Shown: positions 1-9,574, counted from the stretch's first letter. The stretch: 19,109 nucleotides of DNA from Candidatus Methylomirabilota bacterium (GCA_046726415.1 JBKPAK010000220.1:1-19109), one strand, 5' to 3'. The notes: generated by a model not told the origin, from the letters alone. Made by a program: numbers and translations.

Positions 1-323
1 TCGAGAGGCACTCGGCCCCAGCGCTCCCGCCGGGCGGCGACGAGCGCGGCATGAATCGCGAACTTGTACGCCCACGTGGTGAACCGGCTCTCGCCGCGAA
101 ACTCGTGGAGCCGCTCGAGCAGCGACGCCAGGGCCTCCTGAACGGAATCCTCGGCGAGCTGGTCCACGTCGATGGGTGCGAGCCGCAGGGCATTGCGGTG
201 ACGCGAGAGCGCGTAGCGTGCGGCTCGTAGCAGGTAGGCGCGCAGATCGGACAGGGCCGCGGTCTGGGGCTGACCGTCGGCCTTTAACGCGATCAGCCAC
301 TCCGCGTTGGCGCGTGCCTTCAT
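1..323 (-). CDS. ECF-type RNA polymerase sigma-70 factor, 5' part (runs off the window edge)
   Basis: Not in the ORF track. Manual translation from ATG at 323 gives MKARANAEWLIALK...VDQLAEDSVQEALASLLERLHEFRGESRFTTWAYKFAIHAALVAARRERW, a typical sigma70 region-2 signature (D..QEA...F.G.S.F.TW). Confidence 0.9.
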   Translation of the reverse strand, partial: MKARANAEWLIALKADGQPQTAALSDLRAYLLRAARYALSRHRNALRLAPIDVDQLAEDSVQEALASLLERLHEFRGESRFTTWAYKFAIHAALVAARRERWGRVPL

Positions 324-346
324 CGGCAGAACTTTGGCGACGGCTC

Positions 347-352
347 ATTATA
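347..352 (-). promoter_or_regulatory. Putative -10 box (TATAAT) for the ECF sigma gene
   Basis: Perfect TATAAT on the minus strand 23 nt upstream of the ATG, in GC-rich DNA. No clear -35 box. Confidence 0.5.
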
Positions 353-435
353 GGCACACGCACCGGAGCCCGGGTTTCGTGACCCTCGCGGCCCGAGCGA
401 TCGAGCGCAACGGGTCGCCAAGACGGGCACTTCCG

Positions 436-806
436 ATGCTCTGGAAGAGCCCGTCTGAGGCCCCGCCGAAGACCGACGCGTGGCTGGCGATCGTGGAGAC
501 AGGCCAGGCGCCGGAGAGCGCGGAGCTGGCTGAGGTGGTGGAGCGGCTCCGGCATCCCGACGCTGTCACCCGAGAGGATATCCGCCGTAGGGCGACGGGG
601 GACTTCAGGACGTGGCTGGAGGATTGGAGGAATGGATCGACCATCCGCCACCGCATGATCGATGTCGGATACGAGTTGGTGCCGAACCCTGACGAGAAGA
701 GGGGGGTCGCGAGCAACGCGCGATCTACTCGCGGCGCAAGCTGGCCCGCCAGGAGCGCGTTGCCGCCGCCAGGGAGTACGCGGCGAGGGGGGACTCCGAC
801 AGCTGA
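436..806 (+). pseudogene. Remnant C-terminus of a phage/integrative-element primase-helicase-type protein (frameshifted, 5' part missing)
   Basis: APPKTDAWLAIVETGQAPESAELAEVVERLRHPDAVT...FRTWLEDWRN...IRHRMIDVGYELVPNPD, then a frameshift at the G6 run (701-706) continues as QRAIYSRRKLARQERVAAAREYAAR to TGA at 804-806. Resembles, from memory, the C-terminal region of DUF5906-type primase/helicases. Confidence 0.55.
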
Positions 807-832
807 CGCCACCCCAGAGCACCGTTGCCGCC

Positions 833-960
833 GTAGGCAGGTAGGTACGATAGGTAGGTCAAACATCCCGCGAATGGTGAAGAGAGTAGGTAGTAGGGAG
901 AAATGGTAGGGAGAGTGGACCTGGGTGTCCGACCTACCTACCCTCCCTATCCCAGCTACC
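833..960. repeat. Cluster of converging TAGG/CCTA short repeats with a 10-bp inverted pair (iteron/origin-like)
   Basis: TAGG at 834, 842, 851, 855, 887, 894 and 907; CCTA at 933, 937 and 946. TAGGTAGGTC (851-860) is the exact reverse complement of GACCTACCTA (931-940). Confidence 0.75.
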
Positions 961-1253
961 AGGGACGACGATGACACCGGTGCTCGCGGCGGAGACGGCC
1001 GACGGTTGACCCGCGCCATTGGCCCGTCCTCGGGCCGACATCTTGCGACCTCTTGCACCGGCTCGATGCTCTGTGCACAGATTCAGTGCGCAGACTGGCC
1101 AGCATGTTCTCGGAACACCGCAATCTCCTGACCCCACAGGGACGGTACGGCGTTTGAATCCCGCTTACCCGTCCCTGCCCCGGCACCGAGTCTATTGAGG
1201 TGCCGTGGCGACGACGAGACGGCGGCGCGTGCTACCTTCGAAGGAGGTCAGGA

Positions 1254-1679
1254 ATGAGCACACATCTCAAACGTCTCTTTCTTGTGGGGCTTGTCGGTGT
1301 CGTGCTGGCTGCGTTGATGATGGGGGGTCCCCGAGCATTCGCAGCGGGTTCGCCCCGCGTTGTCGCGACCTTCTCCGTTCACCCGGTCCCTGGCTCAGGA
1401 CCGAGTGCGGGCGGAGGCGGCGTCCTCTTCGACGGAGGTAGTGCGAGCGGCCTCATTTCGACCGTCGACCTTGCCGATGACGAGACCACCCACGCCATAC
1501 CCCTCAGCTGGCAGTTCCTGTCGACGAACGAGGTCGAGATTTGCTTCGAATTCATCGTCGTCAGGGGCGAAGCTGAGCTGCCGCCGGGGACCGTCTTGTG
1601 CGTTCCCTTCCCGGTCGGACAGTCAGTCGTGGCCCCGGAGAATGTCGTGGTGACGGTGAGGCTCATCCACAGACGTTAG
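1254..1679 (+). CDS. Hypothetical secreted protein, 141 aa, beta-rich
   Basis: Strong SD AAGGAGG at 1241-1247 before ATG 1254. Signal peptide MSTHLKRLFLVGLVGVVLAALMMGGPRAFA-A. Two Cys in the mature part. Confidence 0.75.
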   Translation: MSTHLKRLFLVGLVGVVLAALMMGGPRAFAAGSPRVVATFSVHPVPGSGPSAGGGGVLFDGGSASGLISTVDLADDETTHAIPLSWQFLSTNEVEICFEFIVVRGEAELPPGTVLCVPFPVGQSVVAPENVVVTVRLIHRR

Positions 1680-1935
1680 TTCGCTCATTTGGTCAGCGGC
1701 GCTGAGTCGCGGCCTCGCCGCGCGCGCGCCGCAGGAAGGCCCCCCGCGGACCGTCGGGACCCCTCCATGAGGGTCGGTTACCCGTATGTCGGGGACACCT
1801 TCAAGCTGGCCCGTACAATAATGCGTGCGTCCCGAGGCGTCCGCTCAGAAGCCGCTGACGAGGGCCTCGGCCCGGCTCCGGGATGTCCCCGCCTATCCTC
1901 GTCGCCCGGGCCGTCCCCGCAAACGTCAGAGCATT

Positions 1936-2315
1936 CTAGTGTCCTGTCTCTAACGCTTCTTTACAACGCTTGATCTTGCGCAAGATCGCCGAGGTGGTGG
2001 CCGTCCAAATGAACGGACGCGGATCCTTGTTGTGTTCGCGGACGTAGCTGCGAATGGCGGCGATCAGGGCCGGCACGCTGCGGAACGTGCCTCGACCCAG
2101 CCGCTTGCGGGTGATCTCGGCGAAGAAGCGCTCCACCAGGTTGAGCCAGGAGGCCCCGGTCGGGGTGAAGTGGAAATGAAACCGCGGATGCTCCCTGAGC
2201 CACGTGGTCACCGTCGGATGCTTGTGCGTGCCGTAGTTGTCGAGAATGAGATGAAGGTCCTGACGGCGGGGCGTCCGCTGATCGAGCGTATCCAAGAACG
2301 CGATGAACTCGGCAT
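1936..2315 (-). mobile_element. IS630-family transposase, 3' fragment with right end (5'-truncated)
   Basis: LHLILDNYGTHKH...HPRFHFHFTPTGASWLNLVERFF...RGTFRSV...PRPFIWT is the IS630 DDE C-terminal signature. The stop codon overlaps the terminal ...GGACACTAG with a TA, as in IS630 ends. Confidence 0.92.
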
Positions 2316-2374
2316 ACACAGCGCGGGCGGACAGAGCGGCAGCGCTTCATACGGCCGGACGCGGGAGGGTCGGT

Positions 2375-3286
2375 ATGTGGTCTCATCGGCTCGGGCTGGG
2401 AGCTGGGCTCATGGTCACCGCCGTATGCAGCGCTGGGACGCCGTGCGGCGCCGAGTGGCTCCACCACCCGATAACTAGCTCGTGGTGCGCGCCGGCCACG
2501 CTGACCTGCGAGGAGCTGGTTGCGCTCGGTTACGCCTACCCCTACGCACGGGAGCCTGGCTCCTATCTGTTCATCAACGGCGCTGCCTATCCGTACGTCG
2601 AGCTATCCAACGACCTGCTGGCGCAGGGATCAGTCCGGGTCGGCAGTACGACAGTGGCCACCATGGAACTCCTCCAGACCTTGGGCCTGGCGGACCGAAT
2701 CACGCGCCAGCGCACGCCGGTCATCAGCTATGGCGCGAATGCCGCCGTGAGCGCCCTGACTCGCAAGTACGTGGCCCCCGGCGTGAGGGAGCCCGCCGTA
2801 GTTCCGGTCACGCGGGCGCAGCTGCGCGACTACGACGTAGTCTGGTCGCCGCATCTCGTCTTCAACGGCGCGATGCCCTCGACGATAGTGCGGTCGCGCG
2901 GTACGGTCGTCGAGGTCTGGATCATCTGGCTCGACGACCTGGAACTCAAGCGCATGCACGAGACCGAGGGAGCAGGCACGCTCTACTCGTATGGCACCCT
3001 GTCGGCGTCCCGGCTCGACTCGGACGTCCCTCTGTCCGAGCCGCCCCACGTCTACGTCGACTGCTACGGGGCGCTAGCCCTCGATGGCGTCGTGCAAGCG
3101 GTCGGCGGCGTTCCCGCCAAGCGCCGCCGCTTTCCCGCGGTCGACTCCGAGCAGGCGATGCGCGGTGTCGCGCCCTACATCGGCTGGACAGGCAGCGTCT
3201 TCGCGTTACTGCTCGACAATGTGCGGTCTTCTTCTCGCCGCGCTGTGCGCGCTCAGACGCTCGCCGCTGGGCAGATTCATCGCTGA
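2375..3286 (+). CDS. Hypothetical protein, gamma-glutamylcyclotransferase-like fold suspected, with possible N-terminal signal peptide
   Basis: SD GGGAGG at 2363-2368 favours ATG 2375 over 2303. Motifs RTPVISYGAN, A.LRDYDVVW and W..LDDLELKRMHETEG...Y resemble the GGCT-like YGSN and LDxxEG motifs. Confidence 0.6.
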   Translation: MWSHRLGLGAGLMVTAVCSAGTPCGAEWLHHPITSSWCAPATLTCEELVALGYAYPYAREPGSYLFINGAAYPYVELSNDLLAQGSVRVGSTTVATMELLQTLGLADRITRQRTPVISYGANAAVSALTRKYVAPGVREPAVVPVTRAQLRDYDVVWSPHLVFNGAMPSTIVRSRGTVVEVWIIWLDDLELKRMHETEGAGTLYSYGTLSASRLDSDVPLSEPPHVYVDCYGALALDGVVQAVGGVPAKRRRFPAVDSEQAMRGVAPYIGWTGSVFALLLDNVRSSSRRAVRAQTLAAGQIHR

Positions 3287-3725
3287 CCCGGGCTACCGAG
3301 CCGAGTGACCGTGTGGCGCGGCGTCGTGCCCGGTTCCGTAGGCCCTCGCTGCCCCCGGGCCGTCTCCCTAATGCAAATTACATGGTCTGCACTTAGCCGT
3401 CCGATCGACTTCGCTCACGCCCAGGCCCAATCTGGGGTCTCGGCGAATCAGCCGTCGGTTCGATCGGCCGGATGATGGCGATGAGCGCGACAGTCAATGA
3501 TCCCGGGCTTCCAGGGTCGGCGGACCTATACTTCGGCTCGCTACTTCCTGGCGGTGTGACGATTGTAGACTGGTGGCGGCGGCACCGCGGGATGTCCGTT
3601 ACCGGGAAACGCCAGGCACCTCCCAGAGAGTGATATGAAGAGAGGCACGCACTTGCGGACGGTGCCCGGCAATGTCCCATACACCGAAGACGGGAAAGCA
3701 TCGCGGTCGGCGTCGCCGCACGCGG

Positions 3726-4424
3726 TCATGCCAGGTCGAACACCAGGACCTCGGCAGCCTGCTGACCGACGACAGCGAGGCGGTCCTCGCCGCTTACCGC
3801 CGCGCCATCGCCCTCTCCCAGCGCAGTCCCGTTGACCGAGACTGACCCGCGGGCGACGTGGATCCACGCGTGATGTGACCGGCGCAGCGAGAGCTCCCGT
3901 CGCTCCCCCGGACCGATGAACGCGACCCGGAGGTCCACGTCCTGCTGGACGTCGAGGCTGCCGTCCCGTCCGCCCTTCGAGGCGAGGAGAACGAACGCCC
4001 GGCTGGCCAGCTCCCGATCGAAGGTCTGCTGGCCATACGCCGGCTTCAGACCCCGCGCCTCCGGCACGATCCAGATTTGCAGGAAGTGCACCGGGTCGAC
4101 CTTCGAGTGGTTCTGCTCAGTGTGAGTTACGCCCGTGCCGGCCCGCATCAACTGGATCTCGCCCGGGCGGATGACGCCGCCACCGCCCGAGCTGTCCTGG
4201 TGCTCGAGCGCGCCCTCGAGCACGTAGGACAGGATCTCCATGTCCTGATGGCCGTGGCGCCCGAACCCGGCACCGGCCTTCACGCGGTCGTCGTTGATCA
4301 CCCGCAAGGTCCGAAATCCCATGTGCGCCGGATCGTGGTACTCGCCGAACGAGAAGGTGTGCCGGCTGTCCAGCCAGCCCCAGTCGGTGCGTCCACGCGC
4401 CTCGGCTGGTCGAATCTGCATCAT
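3726..4424 (-). CDS. Pirin family protein (YhhW-like, quercetin 2,3-dioxygenase-type bicupin)
   Basis: GWLDSRHTFSFGEYHDPAHMGFRTLRVINDDRV...GFGRHGHQDMEILSYVLEGALEHQDS...MRAGTGVTHTEQN...FLQIWI. The metal ligands H-x-H and H-x-E are present. Confidence 0.95.
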   Translation of the reverse strand: MMQIRPAEARGRTDWGWLDSRHTFSFGEYHDPAHMGFRTLRVINDDRVKAGAGFGRHGHQDMEILSYVLEGALEHQDSSGGGGVIRPGEIQLMRAGTGVTHTEQNHSKVDPVHFLQIWIVPEARGLKPAYGQQTFDRELASRAFVLLASKGGRDGSLDVQQDVDLRVAFIGPGERRELSLRRSHHAWIHVARGSVSVNGTALGEGDGAAVSGEDRLAVVGQQAAEVLVFDLA

Positions 4425-4439
4425 CGCGTCATCTCCCCC

Positions 4440-6088
4440 TCACGCCTCCTTGAGAAACTCGTGGACGCACTGGACCGCCATCGATCCCTCGCCCACGGCT
4501 GAGGCGACCCGCTTGACAGAGCCCGACCGCACATCGCCGGCCGCGAAGACTCCAGGGCGGCTCGTTTCCAGCAAGAACGGATGCCGACGGCTGGTCCAGT
4601 GGGGGGACCCGGCCAGTGCTGCGCCGGTCCGGATGAATCCCCGGAGTCCCGTTCGATCTCCGGGGGCAGCCAGTCGGTCCGGGGCACGGCGCCGATGAAG
4701 CTGAACACCGCGGGCGTTTCCACGGTGCGCTCCTGCCCGGTCTTCGCGTTGACGATGTCGACCGCGCGGAGGTGATCCGTGCCGCTCATGCGGCGGATCG
4801 TCGTGTTGGGGAGGAGTTCGATGTTGGGCGTTTGCGCGATTCGATGGGCCAGATAGCTGGACATGCTCTCGGACAGATCATCGCCGCGGATCAGGAGGAG
4901 CACCGTGCGGGCATGCTGGGCCAGGAAGACCGCAGCCTGGCCGGCAGAGTTGCCGCCGCCCACCAGCACCACCTGCGTCCCGCGGAACGTCTGACCCTCG
5001 GCAGGCGTGGCCGCGTAGTAGACTCCCTTCCCCTCGAACTGCTCGCACCCCTCCACGGCCAGCCGGCGGTAGTCGGCTCCGGTGGCGATCAGGAGACACT
5101 TCGTGGTGACGATCTCGCCGCTGTCCAGCCGCACGACGGAATAGGCGTTCTCCCAACCGACGTGGACGACCTGAGTGGGGACAGACAGTCGTGCACCGAA
5201 CTTGTTGGCCTGCAGGATGGCACGGTCTGCCAGCTCGCTCCCCGTCACGCCAGTGGGGAAGCCGAGATAGTTTTCGATCCGCATGCTGCTACCCGCCTGC
5301 CCCCCGGGCGCGGTGCGCTCCAGCAACACCGTTCGCAGTCCCTCGGAGGCAGCGTAGACCGCCGCGGCCAGCCCAGCCGGGCCGGCGCCCACGACGACGA
5401 GGTCATAGACCGTCCGATCCAGCGGCTGATGGATGCCGATCGCATCGGCCAGCTGGCGGGTTGAAGGATTTCGCAGGAGCAACAAGTCACCGAGGGCGAC
5501 CACCGGCGTGTCGGCTTCGGTCATGCCAAAGTGTTTGAGGAGCCGGTCAACCTCCGGGTCGGTTTCCACGTCCATCCAGGTGAACAGCACACGGTTCTTG
5601 GCCAGAAAATCGCGGACGCGAAACGTATCGGTGGAGTAGCGGGATCCGATCACCCGCAGGCCAGTGAAGTCCGGTGACTCGCGCAAGAGCTGGCGGCGGG
5701 CGATGAAGGCTTGGAGGATGATGTCACTCAGGGCCGGGCACTGGTTGAGGGCCCCCCGCAGCGTTTCCCCCGATACCTCATCCACCTCGCAATCGCCTCG
5801 GGCCACGGCGCTGATCACAGACGCGCGGCCGGTGAGGTGGGAGACGTCGCCGGTGAACTCGCCCTTCCCATGGAGGGTGACCGTTTTCGGCGTGTCACCG
5901 GAGTGATCGAGAATCTCAATCTCGCCTGACCTGACGACGAAGAACTTGAAGTCGCGATCGCCGATCGAGATGAGGGTCTGGCCGTCGCGATAGGTCCTTG
6001 GGGTGGCGGCGGTGCAACGGCTGAATTCCCTGATCTGGGCGTCGTCGAGCGTCGGGAAGGCGACGGAATGAAGCGTGTGTTCGGCCAT
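4440..6088 (-). CDS. Cyclic-nucleotide-binding domain / thioredoxin-reductase-like FAD-dependent oxidoreductase, with a 1-nt frameshift near 4640
   Basis: N-terminal cNMP-binding domain (FFVVRSGEIEI...GEFTGD), FAD motif GAGPAGLAAA, NAD(P)H motif GGGNSAGQAA. The conserved tail GFIRTG...LETSRPGVFAAGDVRSGSVKRVASAVGEGSMAV...KEA* lies in another frame and ends at TGA 4440-4442. Confidence 0.9.
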
Positions 6089-6712
6089 GGTAATGATCCT
6101 ATCGCACCGGGCTACCGCGCAGTGCAGGGCCCGATGATGTGCTCGGGCGCGCCGGCCGCCGCTTGTTCACGAGCTCGACTGCGCTCGCGCGCACATTTCC
6201 CGCGCGATCGTTCGGGGTCGGCCACGATGATAGAGGACCCATGGACAGCGGCCCCTCTGGCCGTGCTGCCCGCGCTCGATCTGCACGTGAATGTCTCCGC
6301 GAGCGCGGCGCGGGGGCGACCGGACCGTCACCGGACGCCGGCGCGGGAGCCTAAGTGGGAGCGTGCATGAATACCCTCAAGCTTCGGTCTCGCGCGTGTG
6401 CGGGGGCTGCCTCGAACCCGACGCCTTGCCCCGGCGCCCGGCGGCCGGTGCCCAAGCGGTACCGATCGCTGGCGGCGTCGCCTATCTCGCCCGGCGCCGT
6501 GCTCGTCAACGGCAAGGCCGTGCGGCCTGCATAGGTCGCGCTACTTGGCGAACAAGGGACCGGGCGAGGCCCCGGTAATCAGCGGGTCCAAGCGTCGAGT
6601 CCTTGACGGGCCACCAATCGACGCGGACGTTTCCGCAACACCGACAGCGCCGGTGCAGTTTCAGTGGGCGCTGCAGCACCAGGGCCCCGGACCCGCACCC
6701 TCGCCGTGATCC

Positions 6713-6850
6713 TCACGGCGCCTTGATCGGGTGACGCGCGAACAACGCTGCCAGCGCCTCGGCCACGGCGCGGGGATGCTCGACGTGGAGCGGGTGGGTC
6801 GCGTCGGGCAAGACGAGGCCTCGCACCTCGTGGGCAATGAGACCCGGCAG
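6713..6850 (-). pseudogene. C-terminal remnant of an alpha/beta-fold hydrolase
   Basis: VLPDATHPLHVEHPRAVAEALAALFARHPIKAP* resembles the catalytic-His loop and last helix of alpha/beta hydrolases. No upstream body is present. Confidence 0.55.
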
Positions 6851-6874
6851 TAGCCAAGCGGCCTCGCGCGTCGG

Positions 6875-6917
6875 TTGCACCGCCCTCTGCATCGGCTCAT
6901 AATCGCCGGCACGGAGG
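6875..6917 (+). promoter_or_regulatory. Putative sigma70 promoter and RBS of the TauD-family gene
   Basis: TTGCAC (6875-6880), a 17-nt spacer, CATAAT (6898-6903), then GGAGG (6913-6917) before ATG 6924. Confidence 0.55.
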
Positions 6918-6923
6918 ATCGCC

Positions 6924-7766
6924 ATGACAGAGGCACCGCAACTCCGCCCCCTGGGCGCAACGCTAGGGACCGAAGCCCTCGGGATCGATTTGTCAAAGCC
7001 ACTCGATGAAGGCACCTTCGCCTGGATCAAAGCGGTCTTTGCCGAGCATCCGGTACTGGTGTTCCGCGACCAGGACCTGGGCGCGCTGGAGCTCGCCGCA
7101 TTCGGCCGCCGTTTCGGTACGCCGCGTCGCCACGCGCTGGTCAAATATCGCCACGCCGATTGTCCGGAAGTCTCCTGGCTGACCAACGTGGAAGAGACGG
7201 GTCAGATCGACTGGTACGGCGTCAAACGCGCCACCGACTGGCACACCGACTCCACCTTCGAGGACAATCTGCCGCTGCTGGCCGTGTTGCATGCCAAGGA
7301 GGTGCCCTCGGCGAAGGGCGGCACGATGTTCGCCGACATGCGCGCCGCCTACGAGGCGTTGCCCGAGGCAAGGAAGCAGCTTCTGTCCGGCCTCACCGGT
7401 CTGCACAGCCGCAGCACCGGGCCCGCCGGCGAGCGGCTGTATGGCGACGACAAGGGCGAGACCGAGAAGAAGTATCACGAAGTGCAGTGGCCGGCGGTCA
7501 CGCGGCATCCGGTCACCGGGCGATCGATCCTCTTCGTCAATCCCATGCACACGCATGGCTTCGTGGGCATGAAGCGCGACGAGGCCTGGTCCCTGATCGA
7601 GGAACTTGCGGAACACGCGACACAGGAGCGCTTTGTGTACTACCATCGCTGGCGCGTCGGCGATCTCCTGATGTGGGACGAGCGCGCGACGATGCACCGG
7701 GGCGCCGGCGACTATAGGCCGGACGAGCGCCGCATCATGCTACGCACGATCGTGTATCCGAACTGA
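6924..7766 (+). CDS. TauD/TfdA family Fe(II)/2-oxoglutarate-dependent dioxygenase
   Basis: HPVLVFRDQDL, WHTDST (HxD), GGTMFADMRAAYEALP, HPVTGRSILFV, HRWRVGDLLMWDERATMHR, RIMLRT. Confidence 0.95.
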   Translation: MTEAPQLRPLGATLGTEALGIDLSKPLDEGTFAWIKAVFAEHPVLVFRDQDLGALELAAFGRRFGTPRRHALVKYRHADCPEVSWLTNVEETGQIDWYGVKRATDWHTDSTFEDNLPLLAVLHAKEVPSAKGGTMFADMRAAYEALPEARKQLLSGLTGLHSRSTGPAGERLYGDDKGETEKKYHEVQWPAVTRHPVTGRSILFVNPMHTHGFVGMKRDEAWSLIEELAEHATQERFVYYHRWRVGDLLMWDERATMHRGAGDYRPDERRIMLRTIVYPN

Positions 7767-8138
7767 CGACGCGGGTCAGCTTCCGCGCGTGAACACATTC
7801 GCGCGCCGAAGCGTGTCCGAACCAATCCGACCCGGATTCTAATCCCTTACGAGGGCGCCGCCGGGGTTGGCGCCGCTGAGAATGAACACCGCCTCCGTTG
7901 CCCGCGCGCCCTGAGGCAGGTCAGCTGGGGCAAGGCGGGGCGAAGCTATGCCGCCCGCCGGACGTAGCCATGATGCAACCGCCGACCTCGCAGAAGCGCG
8001 AGATGATCGTCACCGTCGCCCGGCCCAAGCGGGTGCCGGGCGCTCGAACCGACTGACGCGACGCCGCGGGCCACGATCGGCATCGCGCACGAGCGGCCAG
8101 GCCGCACCGGAATCGCGCACGCACGAGTGTCCCCGCGG

Positions 8139-9401
8139 TCATGCTGCCCCTCGGCCCGGGCGCCGGGGAAGAAGCGCCGTCAGGAGCCCCAACAAGAGCA
8201 GGAACGGGGTCAGCCGGTACACCGTCGAGATACTGGTGAGGTCGGCCAGCCGCCCCAGGGCCGCGGCCCCCAGCCCGGCGAGACCGAACGCGAGGCCGTA
8301 GAACATGCCGGCGGTCAGGCCCACGCGCCCGGGCAGCAGCTCTTGGGCGTAGACGAGGATGGCCGAGAAGGATGAGGCCATGATGATGGCGATGAGCACG
8401 GCCAGGACGCCCGTCCAGAAGAGGTTGGCGTAGGGCAGGATCAGCGCGAAGGGCAGGGCCCCCAGGATCGAGAACCACATCACGGGAATGCGTCCCATCC
8501 GATCGCCGACGGCCCCGCCGGCGATGGTGCCGGCCACGATACCAACCAGGAAGGCGAAGAGGTAGAGCTGGGCCGTCTGCACGGGGAGGTGGAACCGGTC
8601 GATCAGATAGAGCGTGTAGTACGAGCTGAGGCTGGCGCTGTAGACGTTCTTCGAGAAGAGCAGAGCCACTAGGACGACCACCGCCGTGGCCACCCGCCGG
8701 CGGGGCAGCGCGCTCTCTCGCGGCGTCGCCCCCGCGGTCCGGGCCGGGGTCGGCGCCGGCCGGCGCGGCCCACGATGACGCGCGTACCAACCCGCCACCT
8801 GCAGCAGCACCACCATGGCCACCAGCGCGGCCAGGGCAAACCAGGCGATGCTCGACTGGCCGCGCGGCACCACCACGAAGGCCGCGAGCAACGGGCCCGA
8901 GGCCGAGCCCACGTTGCCGCCCACCTGGAAGAGCGACTGGGCGAGGCCGTACCGTCCACCGGCCGCCATGCGGGCCACCCGCGAGGCTTCGGGGTGGAAC
9001 ACCGACGAGCCCATGCCGATCAACGCCGCGGCCATCAGGATCGCTGGATAGGAGGACGCTCGCGACATGGCCAGCAGTCCCACCAGCGTGAACCCGATGC
9101 CGACCGTCAGCGAGTAGGGCTGAGGGCGCCGGTCGGTATAGAAGCCCACCGCGGGCTGGAGGATCGAGGCCGTGCACTGGACGGTCAGGGTGATGGCGCC
9201 GATCTGGCCGAAGCTGAGACCATACGACGCTTTCAGGATGGGATAGAGCGCGGGCACCAGCGACTGCATCAGGTCGTTGAGCAGGTGACAGAAGCTCAGC
9301 GACAAGATGATGGAGAAGGTGGTGACCTGGGCGACCGTGCGATGGTGTACGGCGGCGTCCGGCTGAGAGACTCCTGTGGTGGCCACCGCGCGGTCGCTCA
9401 C
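8139..9401 (-). CDS. fsr: MFS transporter, fosmidomycin-resistance (Fsr) family
   Basis: HLLNDLMQSLVPALYPILK, ASILQPAVGFYTDRRP, GSSVFHPEASRVARMAAGGRYGLAQSLFQVGGN, AFSAILVYAQEL.PG-like segment; about 12 hydrophobic segments. Confidence 0.9.
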   Translation of the reverse strand: MSDRAVATTGVSQPDAAVHHRTVAQVTTFSIILSLSFCHLLNDLMQSLVPALYPILKASYGLSFGQIGAITLTVQCTASILQPAVGFYTDRRPQPYSLTVGIGFTLVGLLAMSRASSYPAILMAAALIGMGSSVFHPEASRVARMAAGGRYGLAQSLFQVGGNVGSASGPLLAAFVVVPRGQSSIAWFALAALVAMVVLLQVAGWYARHRGPRRPAPTPARTAGATPRESALPRRRVATAVVVLVALLFSKNVYSASLSSYYTLYLIDRFHLPVQTAQLYLFAFLVGIVAGTIAGGAVGDRMGRIPVMWFSILGALPFALILPYANLFWTGVLAVLIAIIMASSFSAILVYAQELLPGRVGLTAGMFYGLAFGLAGLGAAALGRLADLTSISTVYRLTPFLLLLGLLTALLPRRPGRGAA

Positions 9402-9574
9402 CGAGCCAGGATACCAGTCCTCATCTCGGGTGGCTGGGCGCGCGTGATCCGGGCACCACCCTCGCTCAACGGTCCGGCGATCGCAGGATCTCCGTCTGAG
9501 GCGTCAGCGCCAGGAGCGCTGGGCCTCAAGCCGTCTCTGTTCGAGCGCGTCGGTAGACCCGTATACCAGTCTCG

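Noticed and set aside
307-909. 200-aa ORF as an intact gene
   Set aside because: It overlaps the ECF sigma start. Only the middle looks protein-like, and the plausible continuation is in another frame.
3290-3341. In-frame TGA in YRAE*PCGAASC as selenocysteine
   Set aside because: It lies in a shifted frame, has no convincing SECIS and no selenoprotein context.
3640-3660. AGGCACGCACTTGC as a sigma54 promoter
   Set aside because: The GG-GC spacing is 9 rather than 10 nt, and there is no downstream plus-strand gene.
4421-4640. ORF-track C-terminus of the 555-aa oxidoreductase
   Set aside because: This is out-of-frame read-through after the frameshift; the conserved tail ends at 4440.
6100-6700. 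Several short ORFs in the gap between the oxidoreductase and the hydrolase remnant
   Set aside because: They are Arg/Pro/Ala-rich low-information translations with no recognisable family.
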